64,000 nucleotides of DNA, taken from Neoconidiobolus thromboides FSU 785 (Eukaryota; Fungi; Entomophthoromycota). Numbering within the stretch: the first letter of the stretch is position 1; the number at the start of each line of letters is the position of its first letter. The position numbers and the translations under genes were made by a program. The stretch covers positions 40,645 through 104,644 of the forward strand of contig MU626325.1 of the NCBI GenBank assembly GCA_025603075.1, read 5' to 3'. Under the pieces are notes generated by a model that saw only the letters and a program-made list of their open reading frames with translations, ran no database searches and was not told where the DNA came from. Positions 13,661-26,809 of this stretch are shown here, in pieces.

Positions 13661-14238
13661 GATGGAGAGCTAGTTTTAGGAAGGTTTATTTAAACAGTTT
13701 TTTTTAATAAATTTGAAGACGTTTTTTTTAATACCTTGTTTTAATAACTGGCTTTATGGCGTGGTGCTATGCTATAAGAAACTACATTATTATGATAGTT
13801 GTTTGTTGCATCTATTGAGTATGAAATACAATAATTTTATAGTTTCGTATATTAGTGATTTTTCAATAAAAGCTAATCATATTTTAATAAAAGACAAAGA
13901 TAATAAATGATCAATCGATTAATTTACAAAAGTTAATTAAATATAAAACTATGAAGTAATCACTAATTAGATTATTATTAAAAATGAATTTTATTTTTCA
14001 ATATAAAACAATAACCTATTTTAATTTGACATTGTTTTGTAAAAACTGTATTTTATTTTGAATTTATAACAATAATCGATATACTTGAAATTCCACTATC
14101 TCATTGATTTAACCTAGAAAAAGTCGTATTTATTTAAATAATAAAGCCCCAATTTCGTTATTCCTATATCCATCGTTATCGTCCATCCCCTCCCTTTTTT
14201 CCTTCTTTCCTACTATTCATTCTATTCATTGTTGTCTC

Positions 14239-14674
14239 TTAATACTCAATAAAGTCTCTATTCCCTCTTCTATCAATAATTCTTCTCGATAAATTTTCAT
14301 AATGAATTTGCTTTAAATAGCCATTAACTTCTAAATAGCTTGGATTATTCATTCGTACTTGGGACAAATCTTCTTCAATTCCTTGGTCTAAAGAGAGTTG
14401 TTCAAAATCAATATCGAGGGAGATAATATCATCTTCTTTTTGGCTCAATTTTCTAAAGGAGAGAAAGACTGTTAATCATTGATTATAGTTCAATTACATT
14501 ATAAAATAATTTCAAAAAAACTTACCCCTCAAAATTCCCCGAATAATTAAATTCTCCAATAATTTTATTCCTTTTAATATTATAGCCACTTTGATTGTCT
14601 TCAAAATTCATTATATCAACTACTAGTGGAGCCTCAATAATGGATTCAATATTTCTTTTTGTTTGAAAAATCAT
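14239..14674 (-). CDS. Small hypothetical protein (2-exon model)
   Basis: ATG 14674, donor at 14525, acceptor ~14453 joins in frame to the track ORF; C-terminal YLEVNGYLKQIHYENLSRR. Confidence 0.45.
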
Positions 14675-15064
14675 TAATTTATTTGGAGAAAGAGGCTTTG
14701 ATAAAATAAATTACTCAAATTGATTGCTGATGCGTTAGGGATCAGTATCAAATCAAGATGCTTAAAGGAGTACCATATTTGGTTAATGACGAATTCCTTA
14801 AAATGATTGGTGTTTTCGAGTTAGGTTTCAAATTAAGCTTAGCTTAACTTTTATAATTATAAAAGCTGAATATATAGTTACAAAAAAGAGATTTAACAAT
14901 AATAAAAGAAACAGGATATTCTTAGTATTTTTATTTTATTTTATTTTATTTTATTTTAAATTTTAAATCTAACTATTGATTTTTTACTATTTTAACTTGA
15001 TAATATTTTATTGGTTTTAAAATCGAAAATTATCTAATTTTACATATAACAGATTTTACAGATA

Positions 15065-15172
15065 ATATGGGGATGTATTTCTGTATTTAGTAATTTTACT
15101 AATAATTTTTCCACGTAGATAACGCTTAAAAGATCGAAAAAGTAATGAAGCAAAAAAAAAACATCCCCATAT
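15065..15172 (+). mobile_element. MITE family A copy 5
   Basis: ATAT flanks, TIRs, core. Confidence 0.85.
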
Positions 15173-15290
15173 AATAACTGCTTTCTTAAAATAACCATTA
15201 AATAGGTAATAAATCAGCAATAACTTTAAATAAATCTTAATAAATAAACTCATTTAGTAGTCTTTTGTTTTTTCTATATTAATTTTAAAC

Positions 15291-15396
15291 ATACGGGGAT
15301 GTATTTTTGTATTCAAGACTTTTACTCAATTCTTTCACTTAAAATAGCGCTTAAAACATGGAAAAAGTAATGAAGCCAAAAAAAACACCCCCATAT
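15291..15396 (+). mobile_element. MITE family A copy 6
   Basis: ATAC/ATAT flanks, TIRs, core. Confidence 0.85.
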
Positions 15397-15623
15397 ATAT
15401 TTAATATTAATTAATATACCATATTTTATAAAATTTTGAATTGAAATTTACATAGATTTATATTAATTAGTAAAGCATAATTTTTTATATTTTTTATTTA
15501 ATAACTAACTTAATTAACTTAGTTTTTACCCATTTATATTCAAAAAAATAATATTAAAGACACGAAAATTAAGCTGTTTTTTATTGCTATTATATAAAAA
15601 TTAAATTTTATAAAAGCAATAGT

Positions 15624-15728
15624 ATATGGGGATGTTTTTTTGACTTCATTACTTTTTCCATTTTTAAGCACTATTTGAGTGGAAAATTTGTTAGTGAAAT
15701 CCTTAAACATAAAAATACATCCCTATAT
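15624..15728 (-). mobile_element. MITE family A copy 7
   Basis: ATAT flanks, TIRs, core reversed. Confidence 0.85.
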
Positions 15729-15877
15729 TTTATTATTAATAACTTTAATGTTCTTTAGTTTATAATAATAAAATTTATCAATAACAATAAATATAAAGGC
15801 ATGTTTTTTTGTCTAAAAATTTTATCAATAACTTTTCTATTTGAATAATCTTTAAAAACAATAAAATTAGAAAAAAC

Positions 15878-15981
15878 ATTTGGGGATGTATTTTTGTGTA
15901 AGAATTTTATTAACAAATTTTTCGCTTAAATAGTGCTTAAAAAATAGAAAAAGTAATGAAGTCAAAAAAACATTCTCATTC
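15878..15981 (+). mobile_element. MITE family A copy 8
   Basis: ATTT/ATTC flanks, TIRs, core; an older decayed copy seems to abut it at ~15797-15877. Confidence 0.8.
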
Positions 15982-16317
15982 TATATAAACTTTTTGGCTC
16001 TATTTGTATTTTAATAAAATTATCAATATAAAAGTTTAAATAATACTAAAATAAGATTGGAACTTGTAAGTTATTTCCATTTATGGTTTATGTATTTTTG
16101 TATAAAAAAAGTAAATGTCTTCAACTTGAAGCTTTAGCATTTACTATAAAAAAAACAATGTATTATATATAGATGGAAAAAAATTTAGTCTTTAATTTAC
16201 ATGAAAATATGTAAATTTTTTCAAGTAAATGACAATGTTTTAATTTAAAAAACATAAACAATAAATGAAAATAATGTAATAAACCAATTCTCACTTAAAA
16301 ATTTTACTATGAATTCT

Positions 16318-19300
16318 TTATTCTTTTCTCAATTTTTTTAATGTATCTAAGAAACTATCACTTGGTGGTGAAGAATCTGAATCCGAGTTAAAATCAAACA
16401 CTTCACCTTCAATTATTATATTATCCCTTTTAATACTTTTGTTGGTCTCACTATCTTCCATCTTGAGTCCATCGTTATCTAATTCGTCATTTAAATTTAA
16501 TCTTGAAACTTCTCTTTTTAAACTCAATGTAATTTCATTATCACTTAATTCAATAATGCTACTTTGGTCATTTAAATCGTTATCTTTATTATCTTTAATG
16601 TTATCTTCATTATTATCATTATTTAATAAAATACTATTATCTTCTTGTTGTATTTCTAAATCAGTTGAACTTCCAATACTCGAACTCAATAATCTATTAT
16701 TCAAACATTCATTGTCACTTTCTGATAACTCATTGTTATTATCAAAAGTAACTGTATGCAACAAATTTATAAATTGATCTTGTGATAAAAATCCATTACT
16801 CACTCCTAAATAAGAACATTAGTATTAATATAACTCTAAATTTAACTATTAAAAAATACTCAAGCCTTTACCTTTACAATAATCACAAATAATACTTTTC
16901 CATATTGATAATTTATAAAGTGAAGTATAATTTCCGATTATAAATAAATGATATTTTGCCCTTGATAAGGCTACATTGATACGATTGGAATTATTCAAAA
17001 ATTGATTAGAATAGCTAGATGTACGTACACAAGATAATATTATTATACTTTTTTCAGCTCCTTGAAAAGCATCCACTGTTGATACTTTAATCTTACTTCT
17101 TTTGTTCTTTCCATAAATAGTAGTGAGTTTATGCTCAATTTTTTCTACTTGAGATTTATACATACATATAACTCCAATTTCAATAGGTTGGATTTTAGTG
17201 TTAACTAATTTAGTTATTAACTCAATAATTAACTCAACTTCTTTTTCATTATGATAAGAGCGACTTATTTTACTTATACTTTCCTATTAAAATTTATTGT
17301 TATTACTATGTAAATAATAATATTATAAGTATAAACTTACTCTTCCGGTCTCAATATTAATAAAACAAAGTGTAGGTAAGTTCATTAATAAAGGTCTCCT
17401 ATCCTTTTCATTAATTCCATTAATTAATTTTTTATTATAAAACAAATTATTTGATAATTGAGCGATTATTGGATGACATCTATACTGAGATTTTAGCATA
17501 ACTGGTATTAAATGATTTTTAATCAATCGATCAAATAAAGTTAATTTTAGTTTATTTTTTAACAATGAATTATTATTAATATTAGTTAATGTTGGTGGTA
17601 ATTGTAATGGATCTCCAACTAACAGTAACTTTTTAGGTTGAAATTTTAATATTGGTAATAAAGATAAACCTTCAGTTAATTGGGATACTTCATCCATAAA
17701 TAATATGTCGAACAATTGATTTTCTAAACATGGGAAATTACTAGCTAAACAAGTTACGGCTATTACATTAGTTGATGTTACTATTTTTTCAATTTTTAAT
17801 GAATCATTCATATTTTGAAATTTTGTTATTGTTTTATTAATTAATTTATAATCTTCATTTGATAAATTATCTTCATTTAATAAGCTTTTTAATTCTTTGA
17901 TATCTTCTTCTAATTTTTTCTTGGATTGTATACAATAAGGTAATATCGTTCTATTAATTCTTTTTAAACTACCAACTCTAATAAATTCTTCATAATCTAA
18001 TTTTAGTAAGTTTAATAATATATTATCTACTGCAGTATTCGTCATGCAACTTATTAGTATCCGAGGTTTTTTAATTTTGTAATTTAATTCACTAACTCTA
18101 TTTGTAAATAAAATACATATCCCTAATAAATAACTTTTTCCCGAACCAAATACTCCATGTATTAGTAAACATGGTTTTATATTATAAATTAATTGGTCTT
18201 TATATGATTTTAAGGCTATAAATTGATCTTTGTTTAATTGATATTCAATTAAATATTCATCTAATATTTCATTGATTGAGTTATTAAATTTTTCTTTTTC
18301 TTTTCCTTTCAATAAAGAATAATAATCCCACAAATTTATATTTTCTTTAACTTCTTCTTTTTGTTCTATTTTAATTTCTTCTATTTCTGTTTCTTCTATT
18401 ATGTTTTCTTCAATTGATTTATATTGTTGTAGTGGATTAATTAAATAATTTAATAATGAATCACTTCCATCGTTTTGTAATAAAGAATCTAAAATATAAA
18501 TACAACTATTAGTTAATTAATATTAATATTATATTACATGAAACAATAATAGTAAAATAATAATGATAAAATAATAAAAATAGAAATATTACCAATAATA
18601 GAAGCTTCTGATGCAATATTAATACTTTTAATAATAATTGGTTTACCAATCATAATTTTTCGAATTAATCCTCTGGATTTATTAATATCAGATAAAGTTA
18701 AAAATCCTAGCTTTAAATAATATATTACTATTACTGTTATTACTATTTATTATATAATATGATTTACTTGTATACTGTTTCCTGAACAACCATGATAAAT
18801 ACTTCGAAACATTAATGTTTCATTATATAAAAAGCTATTGTTTAAAGATATTATCCATAGATCATCTAATATATTATTATTTAATAAAATATATTATGTT
18901 ATATTATACTCTCATGATAATGTTATTATTATTACCCTTCATAAAACTAAATTAATATTGTTAACTATCAATGTATAAATTCAATAAATGATTACTCTGA
19001 GAAATCTTTTTTCTTTTTGAAATTTAATTGAAGATTACAAAATAATTTTCCATTAGGAATAATTCCAACCTCATTAGTTTGATTTTTTAAATCTTCATCG
19101 TCAAATAAATCAAAATTAGAATCCATAGCTAATATTCTATTAATAATTAAATTATTATTACCATTATTTATTTATTAAATCTTTCATATTATCAAACTAC
19201 CTAATCTCTTTCTCATCAAATTCTTTATAAAAACTATTAGAATAATTTGCATTCGAAACTTCTTTTTCGATATATGTGATTCTTTTTTGAGCAGCAAAGT

Positions 19301-20475
19301 TAATTGTTGACATTAAATTGCACTAATAATAAATTAACAACTTATTATTTCATACCTATAATAAATTTTACTTGCAAACTATCTTTAATTAAAGCAATAT
19401 GATATTTCTTATATTCTTCAAAAGAATTCTAAGTATAATAAAATTAAGTAAATCATATTATTATTATGTTAGCTACACTTACAAATTTCAGTGGTATATA
19501 ATTTAATTTACAATTAAATGAGTATTTAACATCCGTTGCAAAAAACAACTCATCGACAGAAAAACCCTCCTCTTGTTTCTTTTGAATTAAATTTTGATCT
19601 CCCTTTTTATTAACAGTATTACTATAACTCACTACATTCGAGTTATTATATATACGATTCAACCCCATACTATTACTTCTATTACTATTTAAATCAGTCC
19701 TATAAGATGGTATAGGTGGTTTTATAGGTTTTGGTTTAAATAGTTCCTAAAAATTAATTTAATTAAAGCTTTATTTTTAAAGAAATTAAAAATTCTCACG
19801 TTTTCATTTTGCATTTGATTAAAATTCATACTATTATTTCTACTTATATCTAAATCAGGTCTATATGGAGAAATAAATGGTTTAATTGGTTTTGGTTTAA
19901 ATAGTTCCTAAATAAAAATTAATCAATCCACTTCCAATACCAAAAAAAGCCAAAGAAATCTTTACATCTTCTGATTCCATTTTTTGTACTTCCATCCTCT
20001 TACCCACTTTAACTTTATCTTGTTTCACTTCTTTTTCATCTCCTTCAACTATTTTTTTGTCACCCGCCTTTTCTTTTTTTATTTCAATATCATCCATTTC
20101 TTCTTCAACTTGTACTAAATAACCATTGAATTCCAATTCTGTACCATATTCGACATCTTCCACACGAGTGAATATACTAAACTAAGTTAAATAATATTTT
20201 TATATTTGTGATATTGTTACTTACCGATCAATTTTATTTTTGTTTTCGTCAAATAAAGTAATCTATTATTAAACAGCCAAACTCAATTTTTAAATTAATA
20301 TAAAAACCTGAAGAAATTTACTTTTTTCCCTAGAATATCAGTGACTATATGACCTTTTAAAAGATTGATTAATCTTTAACAGAATCAATAAGTCTAATTC
20401 CATAATCTTACCTTCTTTCCATTTCTTTGCTTTTTTCAATTTTTGATGTGTATATAATGCGTTAAACCGTTTCAT
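16318..20475 (-). CDS. ZGRF1: ZGRF1-like protein: N-terminal DUF2439 plus SF1 (DNA2/NAM7-type) helicase, multi-exon
   Basis: First exon MKRFNALYTHQKLKKAKKWKE and GTELEFNGYLVQVEE match DUF2439. Helicase motifs HGVFGSGKS, MDEVSQ, LVGDPLQLPP, QYRCHP, STVDAFQGAEK, RINVALSRAK. Confidence 0.8.
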
Positions 20476-20810
20476 TTTAAAAAGATAAATACTTTTTTGA
20501 AAAATTGGAAAAAAAGTATTGCAAATAAAGATTGCAATAATTATTGCAAAAGTTCAATTATAAAATTGATTCTAAAAATAGTAAATTAGTGTGGAATCGA
20601 TGATAGAATAGATTTTTATAAAATGTAATAAACGCTATTAGTAACCAAGTAAGGATAATGTAATAGATATATAGTTACTATTGAATAATAGCATTGTGAA
20701 ATTTACCATGTAATTCAAACTAAAGCTTATGTTAGTTTAAAATGCATTATCATTGTTAGTTTAAATACCAAAAAACAATCAGTTCAATTTTCAATCAAAA
20801 TTTATTAACA

Positions 20811-22987
20811 ATGTATAACGATAAAACCTCCAAATTTAATTTCAAATTTATTCAAAATAAAAGAAATAATGAAGAAGATAATCATTTCAATCGAACCAAA
20901 AGTTATGAGCCTATAAATCTTGAATCCTCTGAATCTAATTTCAATAATAATAATTTAAATTTTAACCAAATACCAATGCCATTTTCAACTCCAAAAGCAA
21001 ATCTTATTAAAGCAGATATCAACTTATTACATAAAAATAAAAAAGGAAAAGTGATTTATATTAAATTTAATAATATATAAATTATAATCTTTGTTTAGGC
21101 TGAAGCTAGTTTTCCTAAATTAGATAACTTAAGAGAAAAGATTGTTTCTGATATGCATACCGAAATTATAACTAATAGTGAAACTATAAAAATAGAACCA
21201 CCTGCAAAAGACAACGCAACCAAAGATCCTAAAGTTCAGTTACTTAATGTATTAAATCATATGGAAAATATGGTATTTGGTTTTATTATAAAGTATTATA
21301 TAATTTATTTTCAGGCACAAGAATTAAAGACAACCAAATTATTACTATTTGAGAAAGCTAATTTAAATGAAGAATATAAAAAAGAAAAAGAGAATGGAAA
21401 TAGAATGGAAACTAAACTGTTATTTAATTTAATTTTAATTATTTATATTAATCATTAATTATTAGTCAAGAAAAACTGGATATTTTTTCCAATAGAATTA
21501 ATGTAATTTATACTGATTAATAACAATAAAACTAATTTAATTATAGGAATATATTGGTTCACTTTCATTAAGTATGAATGAAATTAAAGAAATTCTTTTT
21601 GAAAAAATAAATACAAATTTACAAGGTAAATATAAAAATAGGTATAATTTAGATTAATTATATATTTATATAGATATTCAATCAAACAATAATATTATTA
21701 ATGAAATTATTCAAAAAAGTAAAAGTTCAAACCATTAACTCGAATAGTAAAATAATATTATAGTTGAATCAAACTTTGAAAAAAATTCCAAGCAATTAAC
21801 GCTACTTAATGAAGAAATAAAAGATATTACTGATAAGCAATCAATATCATCGATAAAAGATAAAATAGTTGAAGACAATAAATTTGTTAGAGAGCTTATT
21901 AATAATGGTTATTTTATTTATCTTATCCTAAATAGCAAACTTAAACCTATTTCTATAGAATCAAAAAAGATAGAAGATACTCTCAATTCAGGATTAAATA
22001 CTGTTGAAAATAAAATAAAAGAAGACGAAAATTTTAAAATTAAAGTTACATCTTTTATTACAAAGATTGAAGAAGAACTTTTAAAGGAGTATAAAATAAT
22101 AATAATAATAATTTTTACTAATCTGATCCTAGTAGAAATCAAATGTCAGATAAAATTTTAAGTTTAAACGAAAAGGAAGTGAAATGGAAAGAGCAATATA
22201 TAAAGTAAGTTAATATTACTATAGTTATAATATTAACTTATATTAGACTTACGTCTCAAAATCAAAAACTACAAAATAGTATTAAGAAAACAGAAGATGA
22301 TTATCAGAATTCATTGAAAAAGAACTATGAGCTTGAGAAATAGTATTGATTTATAATAATCTATCATTTGATTAATTATTATATAGTATAGCGAGTATTA
22401 AAGAAAATAGTGAAAAGAAAATTAAAGAGATTGAGTAATTATATTAATGATTTAATATTTTATTAAGATTATTTTAGGAAAGAGTTAAAAGAAAAGAATC
22501 GAAATGAAGCTTATTTTTTAGTAAAATTGACATAAATTATATAAATAATTTAATTTAAAAATAGATTGAACTATCAAATTTATTATCAGAAAAATCCATT
22601 AATTTTGAACACTTATTAAAAAATGTATAAAAAAGCAACTAAATGAAACTAATATATTTTATTATAGGAGAATATGGATCTTGCTAGAAAATCGCTGATA
22701 TCAGATGTCATCACAAAGTATAAACAAGATCAGAAAGAAGAGAAGGAAAAGGAAAAGGAAAAGGAAAAAGAGGTGATATTGACTTCAAATAAAAGGTATA
22801 TTTTTTATTGAGTTTAACTATTACTAATAAATTAGTGAAAGTAAGGATGAAAGTGTATTTGATAATCCAAATATTGTAAATTATATTATTGGGTATTCGT
22901 ATGTATTAATTAGTTTAGGAAATAAGGGAATTCCCAGACCAAGAAAACATAGATAAAGATGAGAAGAATTTAAAGGTAGATGAATAA
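20811..22987 (+). CDS. Multi-exon coiled-coil hypothetical protein (3' end uncertain)
   Basis: Chain of short E/K-rich exons with GT-AG introns; divergent from the helicase gene with ~335 bp between starts. Confidence 0.55.
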
Positions 22988-23246
22988 AATAATGATCTAT
23001 TTAATAATAAGCATTTTTTTAGAAATCAACGTCAAAAAATCGACGAGGAAGGAAGCGAAATTAATGTATTAACTTTTGAACCTTTTTCAATTATAATAAT
23101 CATCCAGCTTATTTAATAGAATAAAACCTATATTAGCTTTAATAAAACACATTTAATATAATCCTTTATTAACAAAACGTCCAATTGTTATCCTTAACAT
23201 TAATTAATATACTTATAAAGTTTTATCTCAATTAATGGTTATAAAA

Positions 23247-23489
23247 TCAAGGATAACATAACGTAGCATCTTTAGCTCCACCACAAGAACCTGATTTAAA
23301 AAAACAAGTCCATCCTGAACCTGATTTGGACCAGCATTCTGGTGCTCGTGATAATGCAGGGGAATAAAGTACACCATCTAGTTTACAACTATCACTTGAT
23401 TTTGGACAATCGGAACTGGTGGGATCTAACAGTGGGGAACTCATTGTTAATGAAGCTAATACTGACATAATATAGATAACAAATTGCAT
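23247..23489 (-). CDS. Small secreted cysteine-rich protein (80 aa, 6 Cys)
   Basis: Hydrophobic signal-like N-terminus, six Cys, higher GC than flanks. Confidence 0.7.
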   Translation of the reverse strand: MQFVIYIMSVLASLTMSSPLLDPTSSDCPKSSDSCKLDGVLYSPALSRAPECWSKSGSGWTCFFKSGSCGGAKDATLCYP

Positions 23490-24483
23490 AGTGATATTTT
23501 TTGAGAAAAATCGATAAAAAAACTTCAGTATTAAAAGTAAATTAAAGACTATTTATATACTTTTTAATCAATATGTAAATTAATAAATTAATGAATTTGA
23601 AAGCTAATTTTTAAAAGTAAGCCTCACTTTTTATAAATAAACTTGCAGTAATAGTGTTGGATTGTTTATAGAATAAACTGGTTTGTTTTCTATATTTAGT
23701 AAGTGATGCGTTAAAGTGCTTGAATAAGGTTGATGAAAATGAGCTTCTAGAAACTATGCCCATTGAAGGTAGAAGTTATTATTAAGTAATAATAAATATA
23801 AGTTTTAAAGTACTTTTAAATGAGTATTTGGCTTGATGATACAGAAATTTATAAGAGCTTAAAGCTAGCTTGTCATTGATGTTAATATTAAGCTTTTGGT
23901 AAAAAAAATTAGAATTCTAGACAATTATTTTGAATTTTGTTTGGTTCCCATTATTTCAATATTGAAAGTTAATAGTGGTATAAATGGAAACAAAGAAAAT
24001 TGTATAATGTCATTCTATTTAAACTGATAACATATTAATACTGAGTGAGTATTGAAATTGTTTTTAATATTATTAAAATCTTAAGGATTAAAAGTAAACT
24101 AAGAGAACTAAAAGAGATATCCAAATTTAATTAACATTAAATGAGACATTTATATAATAAGAAAACTACAACTATAAATGAAGTAACATTGATTTCAGAT
24201 AAAATATCTTATTATACTAATAACTAGTAGTTAAGCTTAGCCTTTATATATTACTAATAAACTAATAAAATGATGCACTTAAATTCTATTGTATCGCTAT
24301 TAATTGAAAATCAAATCAGAGCACTATCGTACCAAACTTTTATCAAAAATACTATTATCTCAAATAAAACCTCATTTAATAAAATCATATCCCCAAATTA
24401 ATAGCCTCAAAATAACTTTCCTATTATTATTAATATCCATTTTACTTAATTCAAATAAATACTCTTTTTTTATCCTAACTCAA

Positions 24484-25199
24484 TTAGATAAAATCTTCCA
24501 ATTGTTTTAATGGTACTTCAATATGAGTAGCGAGTGCTTTAACCTGAATTAAAATAATTAATAAATTATATCTCTGAATTAACCCATTATCATAATAAAA
24601 ACAATAGTAAAAAAGAAATGAAGTAATTTAATAGCTTACCTTGACCCACAACATACCGAATTGAGTTGTTTGATCACCCACGAGACATAATAAAAGACTG
24701 GCTACTTTATAAATCACAATTTTACCTTCCTAAATCAACAATACTATAATTAATTCAAATAGCCATTATAACTCCCAATAAAAATCCTTCCAGCTATACT
24801 CTTATCCCAATTTTTTTTCAAAAAGTAAATTCAATTACATAATAAATTTTGACTACTTACCTCACATTCTAACATGACTTTATTTAATTCATCGTTTAAT
24901 TGGTTTTGTCCCAAATCTTTATAAAATGTACAAATATTGGAAGCTATAGCAGCATAAATACTCACTTTTTGCTCATCACTACCACTTGAAGCTAATAATG
25001 AACCATCCGGTCGGATTAATCTAAAAGATTGAAATTTTAGTTATTTAGAAGTATAACAAGGTTACTAAGTAGATGAGGGAGAATTGTAAAAAAGTAGAGA
25101 AGGAAAAGGATATTATTGAATAAACACTTACAAACTAGCTGTTTCTCCTTTACCTAAAGCTTGGCTTAAAATCGTACTAATTACTTTGGGTTTAATCAT
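24484..25199 (-). CDS. LAMTOR2: Ragulator subunit LAMTOR2-like (roadblock domain), 4 exons
   Basis: Spliced MIKPKVISTILSQAL.../LIRPDGSLLASSG...AAIASNI...LECE/EGKIVIYKVASLLLCL...FGMLWVK/VKALATHIEVPLKQL parallels the metazoan LAMTOR2 sequence as recalled. Confidence 0.8.
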
Positions 25200-25408
25200 C
25201 AATTTATTATTGTCATAGAAATGAAGAAATTAAGATTGAAGTAATATTTAGTTTATTCCAGTTAGTTTATTGGTTGGAGCTTTCAACTATGAGAAAATCG
25301 AAAAAGTAAGAATATTCAAATAAAAATAAAGTAAATTTTATTGACCAACTTTTTTTAACTGCATTCTATCATTTATTAATTTCTATTAGTACAATAATCA
25401 CTGAAACA

Positions 25409-25723
25409 ATGGGTTACGAAAGTCTTAACAAAGAAAAAAGGCGAGCATGTTGGGAAGTACGTGATCAATATTTTAAATGTTTAGATTCTATACAATGGAT
25501 CGATGCTGATACGGATCAAAGCGCTACTTGTCAAAAATATAAACTTTTATTTTCAGAAAAATGTCCAGCTAGTTGGGTAAGTTTTGAGTTATATAAATCT
25601 TACACATTCTATAAATAAGACTGATTGACTTGATTTTAGGTACAACATTTTTCTCAAGGAAGATCCAATGATGCTCGACAAAAAGCATATGAAAAATTGA
25701 TGAATAATCCAGAATATAAATAG
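25409..25723 (+). CDS. COA6: Cytochrome c oxidase assembly factor 6-like (COX6B family), 2 exons
   Basis: R..CW..RD.YF.CLD and C.......CP.SW motifs; intron after PASW, second exon VQHF...EYK*. Confidence 0.75.
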
Positions 25724-25905
25724 TTCATCTTTTATAAAAAATAGTATTGAATGTTGAAAACAAGTATAAAATAAAAATAAAAATAAAAAAATTTAAAGAT
25801 ATCCATAATTTGATTATCAACTTCAATAAATTAAAAATATTCAACTTTTCTTTTTATTAATAAACATATTACTACTATTAACTCGATGAACAATAAGATC
25901 TTATA

Positions 25906-26774
25906 TTAATACTCACAAGAGTCTGGTTTAAATTCATGAATAGTTCCTAAATAATGCCAAAATCCTCGAACTCCTCTAGCATATTCCACTAAATTAATTA
26001 AATTTTTGGCTAAAGATTGTAAGCCCCATAACCCCACCCTTTTTAATCGTCGATTTCTTTCCCTTTCATCTTGTACTAAATTAATTAACTCAAAACTTAC
26101 TTCTTTAGATAAATCATAAGCTAATTCACTATCATATACTGTCCAGGAACCATCAAATTTCGACTATATGTTTTATTAATTTAATTAATTTTAATAAATT
26201 CTATTAAATAGAATCAACTTACAATATCAGTGACTACTCTACACTGAATTGGAATTAGTGTTCTATTGGAATTCATAAAAGCAATAACGGGTCTTACAAC
26301 AGCTTGGGAAGCTAAAGAAAATTCTTTTGTATTCATTGGTATCCCCGCTTTAATATTATGAAATTTAATTTTAAAATCGAAAATTAATTGTTCCAAATGA
26401 CTACCCTCATCTAATCTTTTTTGGACTTTTAATAATCCATTTTTTTTAATATTTGAATTCACTGTATTTAATAAATCTATCAATGGCGGAAAATGATGAG
26501 GTAATTCAATACTTAAATTTTCAATGTTTTTACTAACAACTTCATCCACTTTGATTAGAAAGTCATTCGTTACCATTGCTAATATATCTTCTTCTTCACT
26601 CTTTTGTGGTATCATAAAATCAACATCAAAATCAACTCTGCCTGAAGTAATCCACCCAAAGGGACCTTCCACTCCTCCATTAAATTGATCTATTGGTACT
26701 CCATCTACTCTAAAATGAGACTAAACAAAAAACATATTAATATCAAATATTAATATTAAATATTGCTATTATCA

Positions 26775-26809
<35 letters not shown>

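Noticed and set aside
15056-15253. Short ORFs overlapping MITEs (also 12516-12728 and 59022-59240)
   Set aside because: Chance frames running through repeat sequence.
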